Source: a virus
DNA: 64,000 nucleotides
IMG/VR virus record: IMGVR_UViG_3300009149_000016
Span: 43,137-107,136 of that record
Direction: 5' to 3' (one strand)
This document shows positions 45,792-55,743 of the stretch, in pieces. Within the stretch, counting starts at the first letter, position 1, and every line of letters starts with the position of its first letter. The position numbers and the translations under genes were made by a program. The notes below the pieces were generated by a model. That model ran no database searches. It had not been told where the DNA came from and saw only the letters and a program-made list of their open reading frames with translations.

Positions 45792-48361
45792 TATCCGCTC
45801 CTGCCGATCAGGTTGCCCTTGAGCCGGTACACACTCGCCGACGAGGTGCTAATGTTCAAGTCCGTGTCGAAGTAGATGCCGTTGTTGGCATCGAAGCTGG
45901 CCCACCGACCGAGCACAACCAAGACAAGCTCACCATCCTTTGCAAAGCCGCCGCTCTGTTTGACTTCCGCAATGAACGGAACCATGACCTTGTGACGCTT
46001 CGCGTCACTCAAGCCCTGACCGTAAGCGTTCGGAAGGTAGCCACCCACCGGCACGCTCTTGAAGTAGGTTCGAGCTTCTGCGTCAACGTCGGTACCAACA
46101 CGGTCGAAAACAACCGTTTGGGGTTCCGGGACGTAGCCGATGTACATCGGGAGCTTGAGCCAGCCCGTGTCGGCATTGAAGTCCGTCACCGAAGTCTTTG
46201 CCCGAGCGTCAAGGTCGTGAGACCCATTGAAGATTCCGCCAAGCCCAGGGTAGACGCCAGGGGACTGAACGTAGCCGAAGGGGAATGGGTACGCTTCGTC
46301 GATCGAGCCACTTCCCACGGTGAGCGTGTGGACGAACTCTGAGGTGAGCCGGGGGATCACCGTCATCTGGGTTCCGAGGTTGACGTTCCGCACGGTCTGG
46401 GGCATCCGAGACTCGGAATAGAGCGTCATCTGGGGTGTCCCAAACAAGCTGTTCTGCGGGATCGGCCGGATCGCCAGGTAGTCGACCGTGATTGTGTCGC
46501 CTGGGTTGATGCTCGCCGGGGGAACCGTCACGATGCGCCCCGTGGGATCGAGTGTGAACGGCGTCAAGATGGCGTTCACCAGCACTTGGATGATGGACGA
46601 GGCGCGCTCGATGAGCCAGATTTCTGTCTGACCTGGAACTGTGTCAGCCCCGAAGACAAGCTGCACCGGAAGCGTTTCGTACTGAAGGTTCACTTCCCGG
46701 TGGGGCCAATCCATCACGAAGTTCGTGAAGGTCGAGAAAAACGTTGGCAGTGCGGGAGACAACGTCGCCGGGTTGTTGAAGTACAGACTGTTGGTCACGC
46801 CATAGTCGAGCGTGGGGGTCTTCGCCAAGCCAGCGCCAGGGGGGTAGCACACGAGAAGATCAATGAAGATGTCTTCGTTCGTGATGCCAGGGGGAATCAC
46901 TCCCACCGTGCCGTTGAGGGTCACGACGGGTTGCGTACCAAGGTTCTCGATCTTGGCAATGTCAGCGTCGGCGCAAACGGCACCGCCGCCCCCGCCAACG
47001 TACCGGGCCCTTAGGGCGTCAACGATGAATGTGGTGCCAGGTACACGGTTTGCCCAGTTCGAAGTCCCCCAAGGGTAGATCTCGAACGCCGTTGGGTTGA
47101 TCGCGAAGGTGTCGCCGACCACCCACTGAACAGCGGGACCAAAGACCTGGACCGTGACGACTTCGTAGGTGGGCCGATCAGAGAAGCGTCGGCGAACCCA
47201 GTCGAACTGACCACGGAATTCCGCTCCGGGCGTGTCACCGGTTGTGATGCCATCGCCAGGGAGGGTACCAATTTCATCGGCGGTCAGGACCGTGTGGCCC
47301 CAATAGCCGTTGCCATGCACCGTGGAGTCCCACTCCGAGCACAAGGCGTTGTCGAGCAAGAGGTTCATGCTCTTGTCGAGAAGTTCTTGCATCGGCCAAT
47401 CGCCGCTCGCCGCCATGCCGGGACGCAAGTCGACAACGTCGTTTGACTCAACGATGTCGTTGAAGAAACCATCGGGTCGGTCCGAGGGGCCGGGTCGAGG
47501 GACGCCGCCGTTGTGGTTCGTGTTGCGGTCGAAGGCCGTTCGGTTGCGACGGAACACCGCCCACATAGGCACGGCGTACATGTAGCCATCGACCGTGTCC
47601 AAGGCGTTCGCCGGCAGTCCATCGCCAGCCCGCCACAAACCCGGGTCATCCGGGGCTTGGGAGACGTAGTTGAACGTTGTGACGACGCCATCGGGGGCGG
47701 CAGCGCTCGCCGGTACCGTGTGGGCAAAGACCGTGGGGTCGTCAATGCCGTCTGGGTAGGCGAACATGTCCACACCCGGGATCACTCGCAAGCGATACTG
47801 GATCTGGACCCGCTTGGTTGTCTCGGCGCCCACGTTGGTATCGAACAAGTCATCGGGGAAGTTGAGGATTGCATCCTGTGCTGGATCAATCTTCACGTTG
47901 CCCCGCCACCAAATGCGCCCACCACCGGACTTGCCGTCGATGTCGGGGGCCGGGCTCAAAAGCTTTCGCCAAACTTCCAACACGACCAGGTCAACCCGGT
48001 GGGAGCCAGCGCCGATGGGGCCCGCTCCCAAGTCCAGGTAGTTGAAGCCAGCGCCAAGGGGGTCAACGCTATTCGAGATGTCGATGAGCCATCCGTTGAC
48101 ACGAGCCCCCATCCCATAGAACTGCCCAATGTTGGGACCAGTTCCAGAAACGAAGAACTGCGCATGCTCTGAAGAGTCGAGGTAGTCGGAACCGAAAACG
48201 CCCGAACTCAGATTGGGATGCTTGCTAAGCCCTGAGATCCCCTGGAAGAGGTTCAGTTCTTTGTCGACCACCGGTTTGGCAGCCTGAAAGACAACCGTCT
48301 CCCAGTTGCGACCTGAAGGGTCCAACCATCCACTGACTCCGGGTCCAAAATCCTTCGCCAT
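45791..48361 (-). CDS. virion structural protein (tail/baseplate), paralog of 31744-36078
   Basis: VVFQAAKPVVDKELN, ETTKRVQIQYR, DPGLWRAGDG, RPDGFF. Confidence 0.75.
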   Translation of the reverse strand: MAKDFGPGVSGWLDPSGRNWETVVFQAAKPVVDKELNLFQGISGLSKHPNLSSGVFGSDYLDSSEHAQFFVSGTGPNIGQFYGMGARVNGWLIDISNSVDPLGAGFNYLDLGAGPIGAGSHRVDLVVLEVWRKLLSPAPDIDGKSGGGRIWWRGNVKIDPAQDAILNFPDDLFDTNVGAETTKRVQIQYRLRVIPGVDMFAYPDGIDDPTVFAHTVPASAAAPDGVVTTFNYVSQAPDDPGLWRAGDGLPANALDTVDGYMYAVPMWAVFRRNRTAFDRNTNHNGGVPRPGPSDRPDGFFNDIVESNDVVDLRPGMAASGDWPMQELLDKSMNLLLDNALCSEWDSTVHGNGYWGHTVLTADEIGTLPGDGITTGDTPGAEFRGQFDWVRRRFSDRPTYEVVTVQVFGPAVQWVVGDTFAINPTAFEIYPWGTSNWANRVPGTTFIVDALRARYVGGGGGAVCADADIAKIENLGTQPVVTLNGTVGVIPPGITNEDIFIDLLVCYPPGAGLAKTPTLDYGVTNSLYFNNPATLSPALPTFFSTFTNFVMDWPHREVNLQYETLPVQLVFGADTVPGQTEIWLIERASSIIQVLVNAILTPFTLDPTGRIVTVPPASINPGDTITVDYLAIRPIPQNSLFGTPQMTLYSESRMPQTVRNVNLGTQMTVIPRLTSEFVHTLTVGSGSIDEAYPFPFGYVQSPGVYPGLGGIFNGSHDLDARAKTSVTDFNADTGWLKLPMYIGYVPEPQTVVFDRVGTDVDAEARTYFKSVPVGGYLPNAYGQGLSDAKRHKVMVPFIAEVKQSGGFAKDGELVLVVLGRWASFDANNGIYFDTDLNISTSSASVYRLKGNLIGRSG

Positions 48362-48371
48362 GATTAGCCCT

Positions 48372-49010
48372 CTAGGTAGTCAGTCTCCAAACGATGGTCC
48401 ACGTAGAAGTCGCTGGCTTGTTCACCACAGGAAACGTGAGATAGTTGATCTCTGTCTCGAATGCGGTGAGATCCACCGTGGGATCGTAAGGGCCGTTGGG
48501 AGGTGAAACGGGGTTGCGGACCGACAGGTTGGTCGAGATGTTGCCACCGAGGATGCCCATCTCAACGATGGGGCCCACCGCTTCGGCCTCCGAATAGGTG
48601 CATGTGTAATCGACGACGTTGGTCGGGTAGGCCACGGGGATGCCGCCGCTGTCGATGAATTCGGTGTTCGTGAACGTTTTTCGAGTCAGTTCCGAGTACA
48701 GGGCACGCTGCGTGTTGGTTGCAGCGGGCGGATTCATCGGATCCCAACCCGAGTCGCCGGTTCCCACAGCCAGGACGAACGCTCCGAATGGAGGCTCTTG
48801 GTTGTCCTTCAGGAGCCGAGCGATGAGGATCGAGGCGTCAAGGACCACGAGGTTCCCGATGCGCCGCTCATTATGACGTCGACCTGTCCTGGTATCCGTC
48901 ATGTACCAGAAGATCTCGCCCTTGGGCTTCGGGACCCTGTCTTGAAAGCGGAATTCGAAAAATGATGTCACTTCCGACTTCGCTTTTCGTAAAACGTCGT
49001 TGAGCCTCAT
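48372..49010 (-). CDS. tail-collar/fibre attachment-like protein (DUF3751-like)
   Basis: AVGTG...TQRALYSELTRK...EA.GPI.EMGI...YLTFPVVNK pattern. Confidence 0.65.
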   Translation of the reverse strand: MRLNDVLRKAKSEVTSFFEFRFQDRVPKPKGEIFWYMTDTRTGRRHNERRIGNLVVLDASILIARLLKDNQEPPFGAFVLAVGTGDSGWDPMNPPAATNTQRALYSELTRKTFTNTEFIDSGGIPVAYPTNVVDYTCTYSEAEAVGPIVEMGILGGNISTNLSVRNPVSPPNGPYDPTVDLTAFETEINYLTFPVVNKPATSTWTIVWRLTT

Positions 49011-49062
49011 TTACATCCTCGTGGGTAGCTTCTGCACAATGGGGTTGGGATAAGTAGAACCC

Positions 49063-49875
49063 TCACGGCTCCAACAACCGGAACGACGTCGCACCTGGTG
49101 GGATGGGCGTCAGGTTGTCGGCCAAGATGAACGGGTGCGCAGACGCCGGATCGAAGATCTCCCAGTAGGGATTGTTCGTCAAGCTCACCCGGTTCGGATC
49201 CCACTGTTCTTGCAGAGTTGACCGGCAATTGGAGGTAGCAGCCCCTCCATACGTATCTTCCCGATGATCCTCGATCGTCCACCAAGCTTCCTCAAGCCGG
49301 CTCGCTGAGGCGTAACACACTGCGTTATTGAGCGTCGAGGGTGTCCCGCCGTGCGTGAACAATACAGGAGGATCGGGAGGAGCAGGAGGACTGTAGACAT
49401 CGAAAGTTCTCGTGCACGTCGTGACGCTATCGACTTGAATTGCCGAATTCGACACGGGGGTCGAGAGTGCTGGCGAGAAAAACACCAAACCGTGCGGCGC
49501 CCCAAGAATCCCCCCTGAAACCTCTCCTGAAAAATCCCCGATCGGGATGTTCATCTCGCGAGGGCGTTCAAACCATTGGAAGTTCGAATACAGGGGGTTG
49601 AGCGGCTCAATTGCCGCATAGGTGCGCACATTCGGAGAAATGGCGAGCACATAAAGATCAGCAAACCGCAACCCGTGTGGGCAATCGAGGACAACACTTT
49701 TTGGCGCCGCTGGATTGTCTTCGATCTCGACGGTCGCAACTGTCAGGACCGTTCCAACAGGCTCTAGGATGAGGTAGTTGAAGGGATTGGTAAGCTCGAC
49801 ATCGGGCCTCATCACCTCGCTGAAGACAAGGCGAACCCGTGTGGGCGAGATGGGAATGGCTTTGTATGTCGGCAC
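49063..49875 (-). CDS. Ig-like domain virion protein
   Basis: VRLVFSE.M...NY.I Ig-like motif, also present in the upstream 1689-aa protein. Confidence 0.6.
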   Translation of the reverse strand: MPTYKAIPISPTRVRLVFSEVMRPDVELTNPFNYLILEPVGTVLTVATVEIEDNPAAPKSVVLDCPHGLRFADLYVLAISPNVRTYAAIEPLNPLYSNFQWFERPREMNIPIGDFSGEVSGGILGAPHGLVFFSPALSTPVSNSAIQVDSVTTCTRTFDVYSPPAPPDPPVLFTHGGTPSTLNNAVCYASASRLEEAWWTIEDHREDTYGGAATSNCRSTLQEQWDPNRVSLTNNPYWEIFDPASAHPFILADNLTPIPPGATSFRLLEP

Positions 49876-49884
49876 GGAGAACCC

Positions 49885-52800
49885 CTAGTCGATCAGCACC
49901 TTCATGGATGCGGTTTTAACATCTCGGACGATTCTGTACGTGTGGTAGGCACCGTCCAGGAAGTCGAATGTGACCGACCCGAGGATGTTACCATTGTTAA
50001 GGTCCAGAACCTTGACGAATCGCTCGCCCGTGATGGCATCCGTGATGAAAGCCACGCCTAGTGTCACGCCGGGACTACTCGTTCCGAATCGAATCTGAGA
50101 ATCACCAAATCCGAGCGTCGTGTCTTGCAAAACCCGAATTCGGAAGGTGACTTCACTCTGCAAACTGATCGCGTCGAGTAGCGGGGTGTTGTTCTTGTAA
50201 ACCGTGCGTGTTCCGACCGTGTCCGTACCGTACGTCAAGACTCCTGAAAAAGCCGACGCATTGACATGAGTTGGGTCATCGCTTTCAAGCTCCCAGGGGG
50301 TGGGGGCCGTGGTGTCATTTTGGGGCAGCACACTTCCGTCGTAGGTGAAACAGACATTGTGCTGATAGTTGAATCCGCCGATGTCCGGCGAGCAACTGTC
50401 ACAAATTGGCGAGAGCAGATCCTCTTCACCCGTCGTTTGCTCGATGACGTCCAAGCAATTGTACAAGACGTCGTCAGGAACAATGATCTCGATACGCTGC
50501 GTGGCGTCGTTGAGGGTAAAGTCGCCGTCGTTGTTGAGAAGATCCTCGATCGCGTTGATCTGAGAGATAGGAACGAACGTCGGCTGCGGGTTCCGAACCT
50601 CGTAGGTCTGCGTGAGGGGAACCAGGGGGGTGCCTTCGTTGAGCACCGTGTACGCAATCAGATCGGGGTCCTCAAGGAAGTCAGGAGCCTTCTTTGGTGG
50701 AATCCCCGTCGAGCAACTCATGTAGCCCGTATGGTCGTGCGGGATGGTCGTTCGAAGATGCTCTGGGCTCGCAACCACGTTCCACTGATTGAGGGTCTGG
50801 TGGTGCGGAGCGATTCGAAGCTCGGTCACCGAGCGCGTCACGCCGTAGCGCACGAAGTCCCAAGACGTTTGCGAAAGCTCTGAAGCCGAGAAGGCTCCAA
50901 AGGCCACCGCTGGCAAGCCCGCCACCATTGATCGGATGATGCCCGCCGTCGAGGGGGGTAAGTCGATCTGGTTGTAGCCCGTCAGGATGAGAGGGTCGGG
51001 GTCTGTGTTCAAGTAGATCCCGATCCCGCCGCCCGGGTCACGCACAATGCGGTATCGATTCTGTACCGACCAATCCGTTTCGGCTGGAATCCGGTAATCG
51101 ACTTCGCTTGGAGACAGCGGGAAGGCCGTCAGGACCGTAAGGGTTTGCTCGCCCGTGACGGCTGCGATCTCGTAGACGCCCTTGTTGGGGCCATCATTCA
51201 CCACGAGGGGGTCACCAGCCACAACGTTATCTGTGAGGAACATCGCTTGCGTGTCCTCAAGACCCATCGAAACAATTCGAGCATTCCGCCCCGACGCCTT
51301 GAGGGGCAAGTGGTATCCGATGAGGCTGTCACCATCGGCCCCTCGCCAAAGACCCACGTACTTTTTAACGTCTGGCAGGATCCGCCAGGCGTTGCAGTAG
51401 TTCCAATCGACGCTCGACACGGCTCCCATGGAAATGGACGTCGAGCTTCCGAACCGAACATCACCAACTGGGTCAAGTCCCGGGGAGGAGAACAAGGAAT
51501 AGGCCACGCTCCCGACGAACACGGCATCCACGAACAGACTGACGAGATCTCCCGCAGTGTCCTTGCGGATGCGGTACGTGTGTGGGGCGTCGTCCAACCA
51601 TTCGAAGGGGAACGTCACCACGCTCGTGCCATCCGACATCAAGTCGACGTATCGAGTCCCCGCCACCTCTGTGAGCATGATGCCCACCGACCGGATCGAG
51701 TCGTAGACTTGAGCCATCGTCCCGGCAAAGCCGCCAGCATCGGGGATGTAGCTGTCCACCCGGCACCGGAACTCCAAGACGTAGTCATACAGGTGGGAAA
51801 CGACCCGAGCGTCGTCATTGGCCGGGGCGTTATCTTCGATGTGGTAGATGAGCCCATCCACCGTTGAAGCATCGTCGATCCGGAGAAGCCGCCCGACCAT
51901 GGAAGCCGGCTGGGTTCCAAGATCCGTCCAAGCGTAGGGCGTGAAGTCCGTTGGGAAGCTTCGCCCGCCGTAGCTGATCAAAGGCGCCTTGCGGTCTGAC
52001 AGGAAGCTCAATTGGGTCAGGAGCGTCCCATCGTCCACCGCAGCCATCACAGCATGTGGGTCGAACCCGTGGGTCCAGGACCGGAAGGACAGTGCAACGT
52101 CGAGCACGACATCGCTTGAAGCTAGAAGTAGAGGTTCCGCACGGACGAACCCTTTGAAGTTCCCTTCTATAAGGCCCACGGAAGCGTCCGATCCACTGGT
52201 CGAATCAAGAATCAGGAAATCCGTCGCCAGGATTGTCTCTGTTCCATGCGAGCCCACCGGGGTCCAAGGGGTTGCCGCCTCTTCCGGAACGTAGTTCGCC
52301 TCGTACTTGACGAAGATGCTCGGCACCGACTCTTGGGGGTTGGTCGGCAGGATGATGTAGCGGAAGAAATCCCACGTGCTCTGGTTGCGTGCCGGCCTCG
52401 ACAGTGAACCGAAGAATACGCCCTGAAGCTCACCGAAGGGGTCGTTCACCTCATGAAGGAATGGAAGGTCACTTTCCTGCACATGAAGGAACTCGACGAT
52501 GCTTCCGTCGACGTAGACCCGCACGGTGCCGTCTCGGTCCCGGAAGATTCGGTAGCTTCGAAGGATTGACCAATCGAGATCTGCCGGAAGAACTGTTGGA
52601 TCCCCATTGCCGTCGATCCCACCAACCCACGCGTCCACTTCGGCGATGTCCACGAACCCTTGCTTCAGAACGCCGAGCTTGGGCACGCCACCGTCCAAGA
52701 GGTAGCCGATGACCAAAGCTCGTTCAGCGTTCGAATAGCCCGCTGCAACGCCTGTGAAGACGCCATTGGGCTCGGTGACCAAGTCGAGCGTCCCCCGCCA

Positions 52801-54954
52801 TGACGCTGCGAACGCATGGGAGAACGTCAGGTCAACCTCACGTGTCCAATACAAAGGCTGCCCGGTGGGGTAGGGCCCGCTGGAATCGTCTTGGATGGTG
52901 AGCGCACCTGAAAACACCGAAGCGGTCCCGAGACCATGACGGTCCCAGGGCCACTCAGGCTGGTTTTCAGGCAAGTAGAGCGCCTCGTAGCGAATGAACT
53001 CTTCCTGAAGCGGCCGTGCAAGCCTTGGGTAGGCAATTTTGTGTGTCGGCGAGTTGAGAAGCAAGAGGTTGGGATCGTTGAGCGCTGCCGTGTAAGCCCG
53101 CTCATACGCCCGGTAGTGCTCTTCCCTCGCCAACGGCTGGTCTTGGGTCGGACGTGTGTCGAGCGGATTGTAGTCCGAAGGACGAATCAGGACGTTGTTG
53201 TACCGGTAGCGATGCTGCGTGTCGCTCGGCCCGCCCTGATCCCGATTCCAATTGTTGAGCCGAAACTCTTTCGAATTCAGACGCCGAATCTCAACCTTTG
53301 GATTGCACATCCAATGGTAGTCGATGTCCACGTCGTCTGCGGGGTCGGGGACGGCGTTGAGCACGACCTGTCCCAAAAGACCCACCACAGCGTCAGGGAT
53401 GACCGGCGCCCCGTTGATTCGAACCGTCACATCGGCGGGGTCATCGGCGATGAGCCCGTCACGGGGGTCGTACACAACCCATGCGATCACTCCGGTGTCC
53501 GGAAGGGTAAAGCTCGCCTTCACCTTCACGGTCGTCGAAGTCATGACCGACAGAATCCGGAAGTCGCCATCGCTGTGCCCGCTGCCGGTCAACGACAGGT
53601 AGAGCCCAACGTGGTCTGGGGTCAGGGTCCCGCCTGGGAGATTGACGGCATCGAAGTCAAGGAACGAGGCGTTCGTCCCAGACTGAATCGTCTCCGGGGG
53701 CTTTGTGAGCGGTCCCTTGTCTGTGAACACGCTTCGGTGGATGAGGGGGGTCGCCCCCGTGAAGATCGCCGTATTGAACGTCGGGTCAATAGGATTGCCC
53801 GCTGCATCGAGCGGCGTACCGGTGGCGTTGACTTCCACGGTGTAGGAACCATCCCCAAACCCAGAGGTTTCTAGGAGAACTTGGTTGGCCGTCGTGTGCA
53901 TCGCCCTGAGAATGCGAACATTCGTGGGCCCCGTGATCGAATACTCGCCGATGTCTGTCAGGGCTTCGTTCGGGCGCATCGGATCCGAAAAGGTCAGGAG
54001 CACCTCGCCGTCATCGAAGTCAACACCCGTGAGCGTAGGCTTCGAGATGGCTCCAACAAACTCCTGAGTGAATTCGAAGGGGAGATCGAGGATCTTCGTT
54101 CGGAAGTTGAATCCGTGGATGCTGTAAAGCTGTTGGCCCGTCGTCTTGGTGTGGGTGATCCGAATGGCCTCAACCGCAGACGTGTGGGTCCAGGTAAAGT
54201 TCGTGTTCGCAATGAGCGCTGCCGGAAACTTGCGCTCCAACCGAATGATGTCAGGGGCGAGGACTTCCTCAATCCGAACCCACCCGATGACATCCCGCAC
54301 GTTTTCGATGTGCAGATAGTCACCGAGATGGTCGGCCTGAACGAACGTGCCGTCAAGCTGCACGACTGGGCTGCCGAAGTCCTCGGAGCTTCCATCGAGA
54401 ACGGTGCCGACGCTGCCCGTTTGCTTGACGGTGTACATCGGCTCGGTCTCGCCCACTTCCGAAGGGTAGGCGGTCTGCCCAAGCGGCGTGACCCAATAGT
54501 CAGCCACGACGTGAACGTTGTCGATCCGAATCTCTTCGTCGAAGTAGATGATGATGGTGTTGCCATCGACAACACCGACCGTGAACGTCCACTGAAAGAT
54601 CCCAGGGAGCCCCTCATTGCTGAGGGTGTTGACATCTACGGTGAGGGGTAGCCCACTCGGAAAGTCCGGGTGGACATTGATGGTGACTTCAAGTGTTTCA
54701 GGAGTGAAGCTGTAACTGCCCCCGTAGTCCGGCTGGAAGACCCCCTCAACGATGACAGGGGTCCCTCCAAACCAAACATTGAGGGCTGACAGGTCGATCC
54801 CGACCGGGCATGTGACTTCGAAGGCTACGGGGACGTTAGGCGGAAACCCGCCTAGCCCGTCGGCAGGGCTGGTGTAAACCAGGGTCGGGGCAACTTCGCC
54901 TGTGCTGCCCCATGACTCGACCCCATATCCTTCACCGTTGCCATAGCCCGGCAT
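49885..54954 (-). CDS. large multi-domain virion protein with Ig-like and ConA/LamG-like repeats (1689 aa)
   Basis: Ig-like TFSDPM...Y.I modules; repeated DW...(H/R)(T/S)YRI.(R/K)D...V.(V/L)(Y/F)VD lectin-like motifs. Confidence 0.7.
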   Translation of the reverse strand: MPGYGNGEGYGVESWGSTGEVAPTLVYTSPADGLGGFPPNVPVAFEVTCPVGIDLSALNVWFGGTPVIVEGVFQPDYGGSYSFTPETLEVTINVHPDFPSGLPLTVDVNTLSNEGLPGIFQWTFTVGVVDGNTIIIYFDEEIRIDNVHVVADYWVTPLGQTAYPSEVGETEPMYTVKQTGSVGTVLDGSSEDFGSPVVQLDGTFVQADHLGDYLHIENVRDVIGWVRIEEVLAPDIIRLERKFPAALIANTNFTWTHTSAVEAIRITHTKTTGQQLYSIHGFNFRTKILDLPFEFTQEFVGAISKPTLTGVDFDDGEVLLTFSDPMRPNEALTDIGEYSITGPTNVRILRAMHTTANQVLLETSGFGDGSYTVEVNATGTPLDAAGNPIDPTFNTAIFTGATPLIHRSVFTDKGPLTKPPETIQSGTNASFLDFDAVNLPGGTLTPDHVGLYLSLTGSGHSDGDFRILSVMTSTTVKVKASFTLPDTGVIAWVVYDPRDGLIADDPADVTVRINGAPVIPDAVVGLLGQVVLNAVPDPADDVDIDYHWMCNPKVEIRRLNSKEFRLNNWNRDQGGPSDTQHRYRYNNVLIRPSDYNPLDTRPTQDQPLAREEHYRAYERAYTAALNDPNLLLLNSPTHKIAYPRLARPLQEEFIRYEALYLPENQPEWPWDRHGLGTASVFSGALTIQDDSSGPYPTGQPLYWTREVDLTFSHAFAASWRGTLDLVTEPNGVFTGVAAGYSNAERALVIGYLLDGGVPKLGVLKQGFVDIAEVDAWVGGIDGNGDPTVLPADLDWSILRSYRIFRDRDGTVRVYVDGSIVEFLHVQESDLPFLHEVNDPFGELQGVFFGSLSRPARNQSTWDFFRYIILPTNPQESVPSIFVKYEANYVPEEAATPWTPVGSHGTETILATDFLILDSTSGSDASVGLIEGNFKGFVRAEPLLLASSDVVLDVALSFRSWTHGFDPHAVMAAVDDGTLLTQLSFLSDRKAPLISYGGRSFPTDFTPYAWTDLGTQPASMVGRLLRIDDASTVDGLIYHIEDNAPANDDARVVSHLYDYVLEFRCRVDSYIPDAGGFAGTMAQVYDSIRSVGIMLTEVAGTRYVDLMSDGTSVVTFPFEWLDDAPHTYRIRKDTAGDLVSLFVDAVFVGSVAYSLFSSPGLDPVGDVRFGSSTSISMGAVSSVDWNYCNAWRILPDVKKYVGLWRGADGDSLIGYHLPLKASGRNARIVSMGLEDTQAMFLTDNVVAGDPLVVNDGPNKGVYEIAAVTGEQTLTVLTAFPLSPSEVDYRIPAETDWSVQNRYRIVRDPGGGIGIYLNTDPDPLILTGYNQIDLPPSTAGIIRSMVAGLPAVAFGAFSASELSQTSWDFVRYGVTRSVTELRIAPHHQTLNQWNVVASPEHLRTTIPHDHTGYMSCSTGIPPKKAPDFLEDPDLIAYTVLNEGTPLVPLTQTYEVRNPQPTFVPISQINAIEDLLNNDGDFTLNDATQRIEIIVPDDVLYNCLDVIEQTTGEEDLLSPICDSCSPDIGGFNYQHNVCFTYDGSVLPQNDTTAPTPWELESDDPTHVNASAFSGVLTYGTDTVGTRTVYKNNTPLLDAISLQSEVTFRIRVLQDTTLGFGDSQIRFGTSSPGVTLGVAFITDAITGERFVKVLDLNNGNILGSVTFDFLDGAYHTYRIVRDVKTASMKVLID

Positions 54955-54958
54955 GAGC

Positions 54959-55363
54959 CTACCTTACGCGCCGGAACACCATGGTATCGACATCGAACTG
55001 CCACTGGCTTTGCGGGTTCGAACCGATGCCGTGCTCCTTCGCGATCTCGCTGACTCGATCTTGATAGGAACGCTCCATCTCGGCCGTCGCCTGGATCGTC
55101 TGGTTGATGCGGCCTTCGAGCATCGCCTTCTGCATCGTCATGTTGGCGATCTCCAACTTGGTCTGGAAAACGCGATCGTTGAGGCTCTTGAGAACCCCAC
55201 GCTGCTCTTCCGCCAACTCCACCAGATCGGCCTCAGGCTCCGTGATGGTCACTTCGGTCGGGGGCGCTGCTACAAGTTCTTCAGCCTTGAGCGGGGCCTT
55301 GGCCGGCGCTTTCTTGGTTGCACGCTTTTTGGTCGCCCTCTTCTTCGTCGTCGCCATTTCCAT
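54959..55363 (-). CDS. coiled-coil protein with basic ATKKR N-terminal repeats
   Basis: ATTKKRATKKRATKKAPAKAP followed by a heptad-rich helix; AAGGA RBS. Confidence 0.65.
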   Translation of the reverse strand: MEMATTKKRATKKRATKKAPAKAPLKAEELVAAPPTEVTITEPEADLVELAEEQRGVLKSLNDRVFQTKLEIANMTMQKAMLEGRINQTIQATAEMERSYQDRVSEIAKEHGIGSNPQSQWQFDVDTMVFRRVR

Positions 55364-55429
55364 GTTCCTTTCAATATGATCCGATAGGATCGCGTCCCAT
55401 CTTACTTGAACGAAGTATCAAAGCAAAGC

Positions 55430-55738
55430 TCAGACGTCGATAGCTCCTGAGAAGAATGCCTCCAACTTGACCTTGGCATAGATGGCGTCACGGGGATCAA
55501 CGCTTTTGATAGCGTTGATGGCATCGGCACCCGTGAGCACAACCTTGCGAATCGAATCGAAGTCTTGGCTGGTGAAGTTCACGGCGCTCTTGTCTGCTTG
55601 CCGGGCCGTCGCGCTCGCATACGGCAGAATTCTCGCCTGAAGCTGTTGATCCACCACATTGTAGTAGAGATCCGGGCCCACGCGCCAGTAAGAAACCGTG
55701 AACCCCTCGTCCGTGGTCTTGTCGATCTGTAGTGCCAT
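55430..55738 (-). CDS. small protein downstream of tail fibre (possible fibre assembly factor)
   Basis: MAL...YWRV...Y.S..AR...Y...K....F.GA.DV pattern; position. Confidence 0.6.
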   Translation of the reverse strand: MALQIDKTTDEGFTVSYWRVGPDLYYNVVDQQLQARILPYASATARQADKSAVNFTSQDFDSIRKVVLTGADAINAIKSVDPRDAIYAKVKLEAFFSGAIDV

Positions 55739-55743
55739 CGTGT

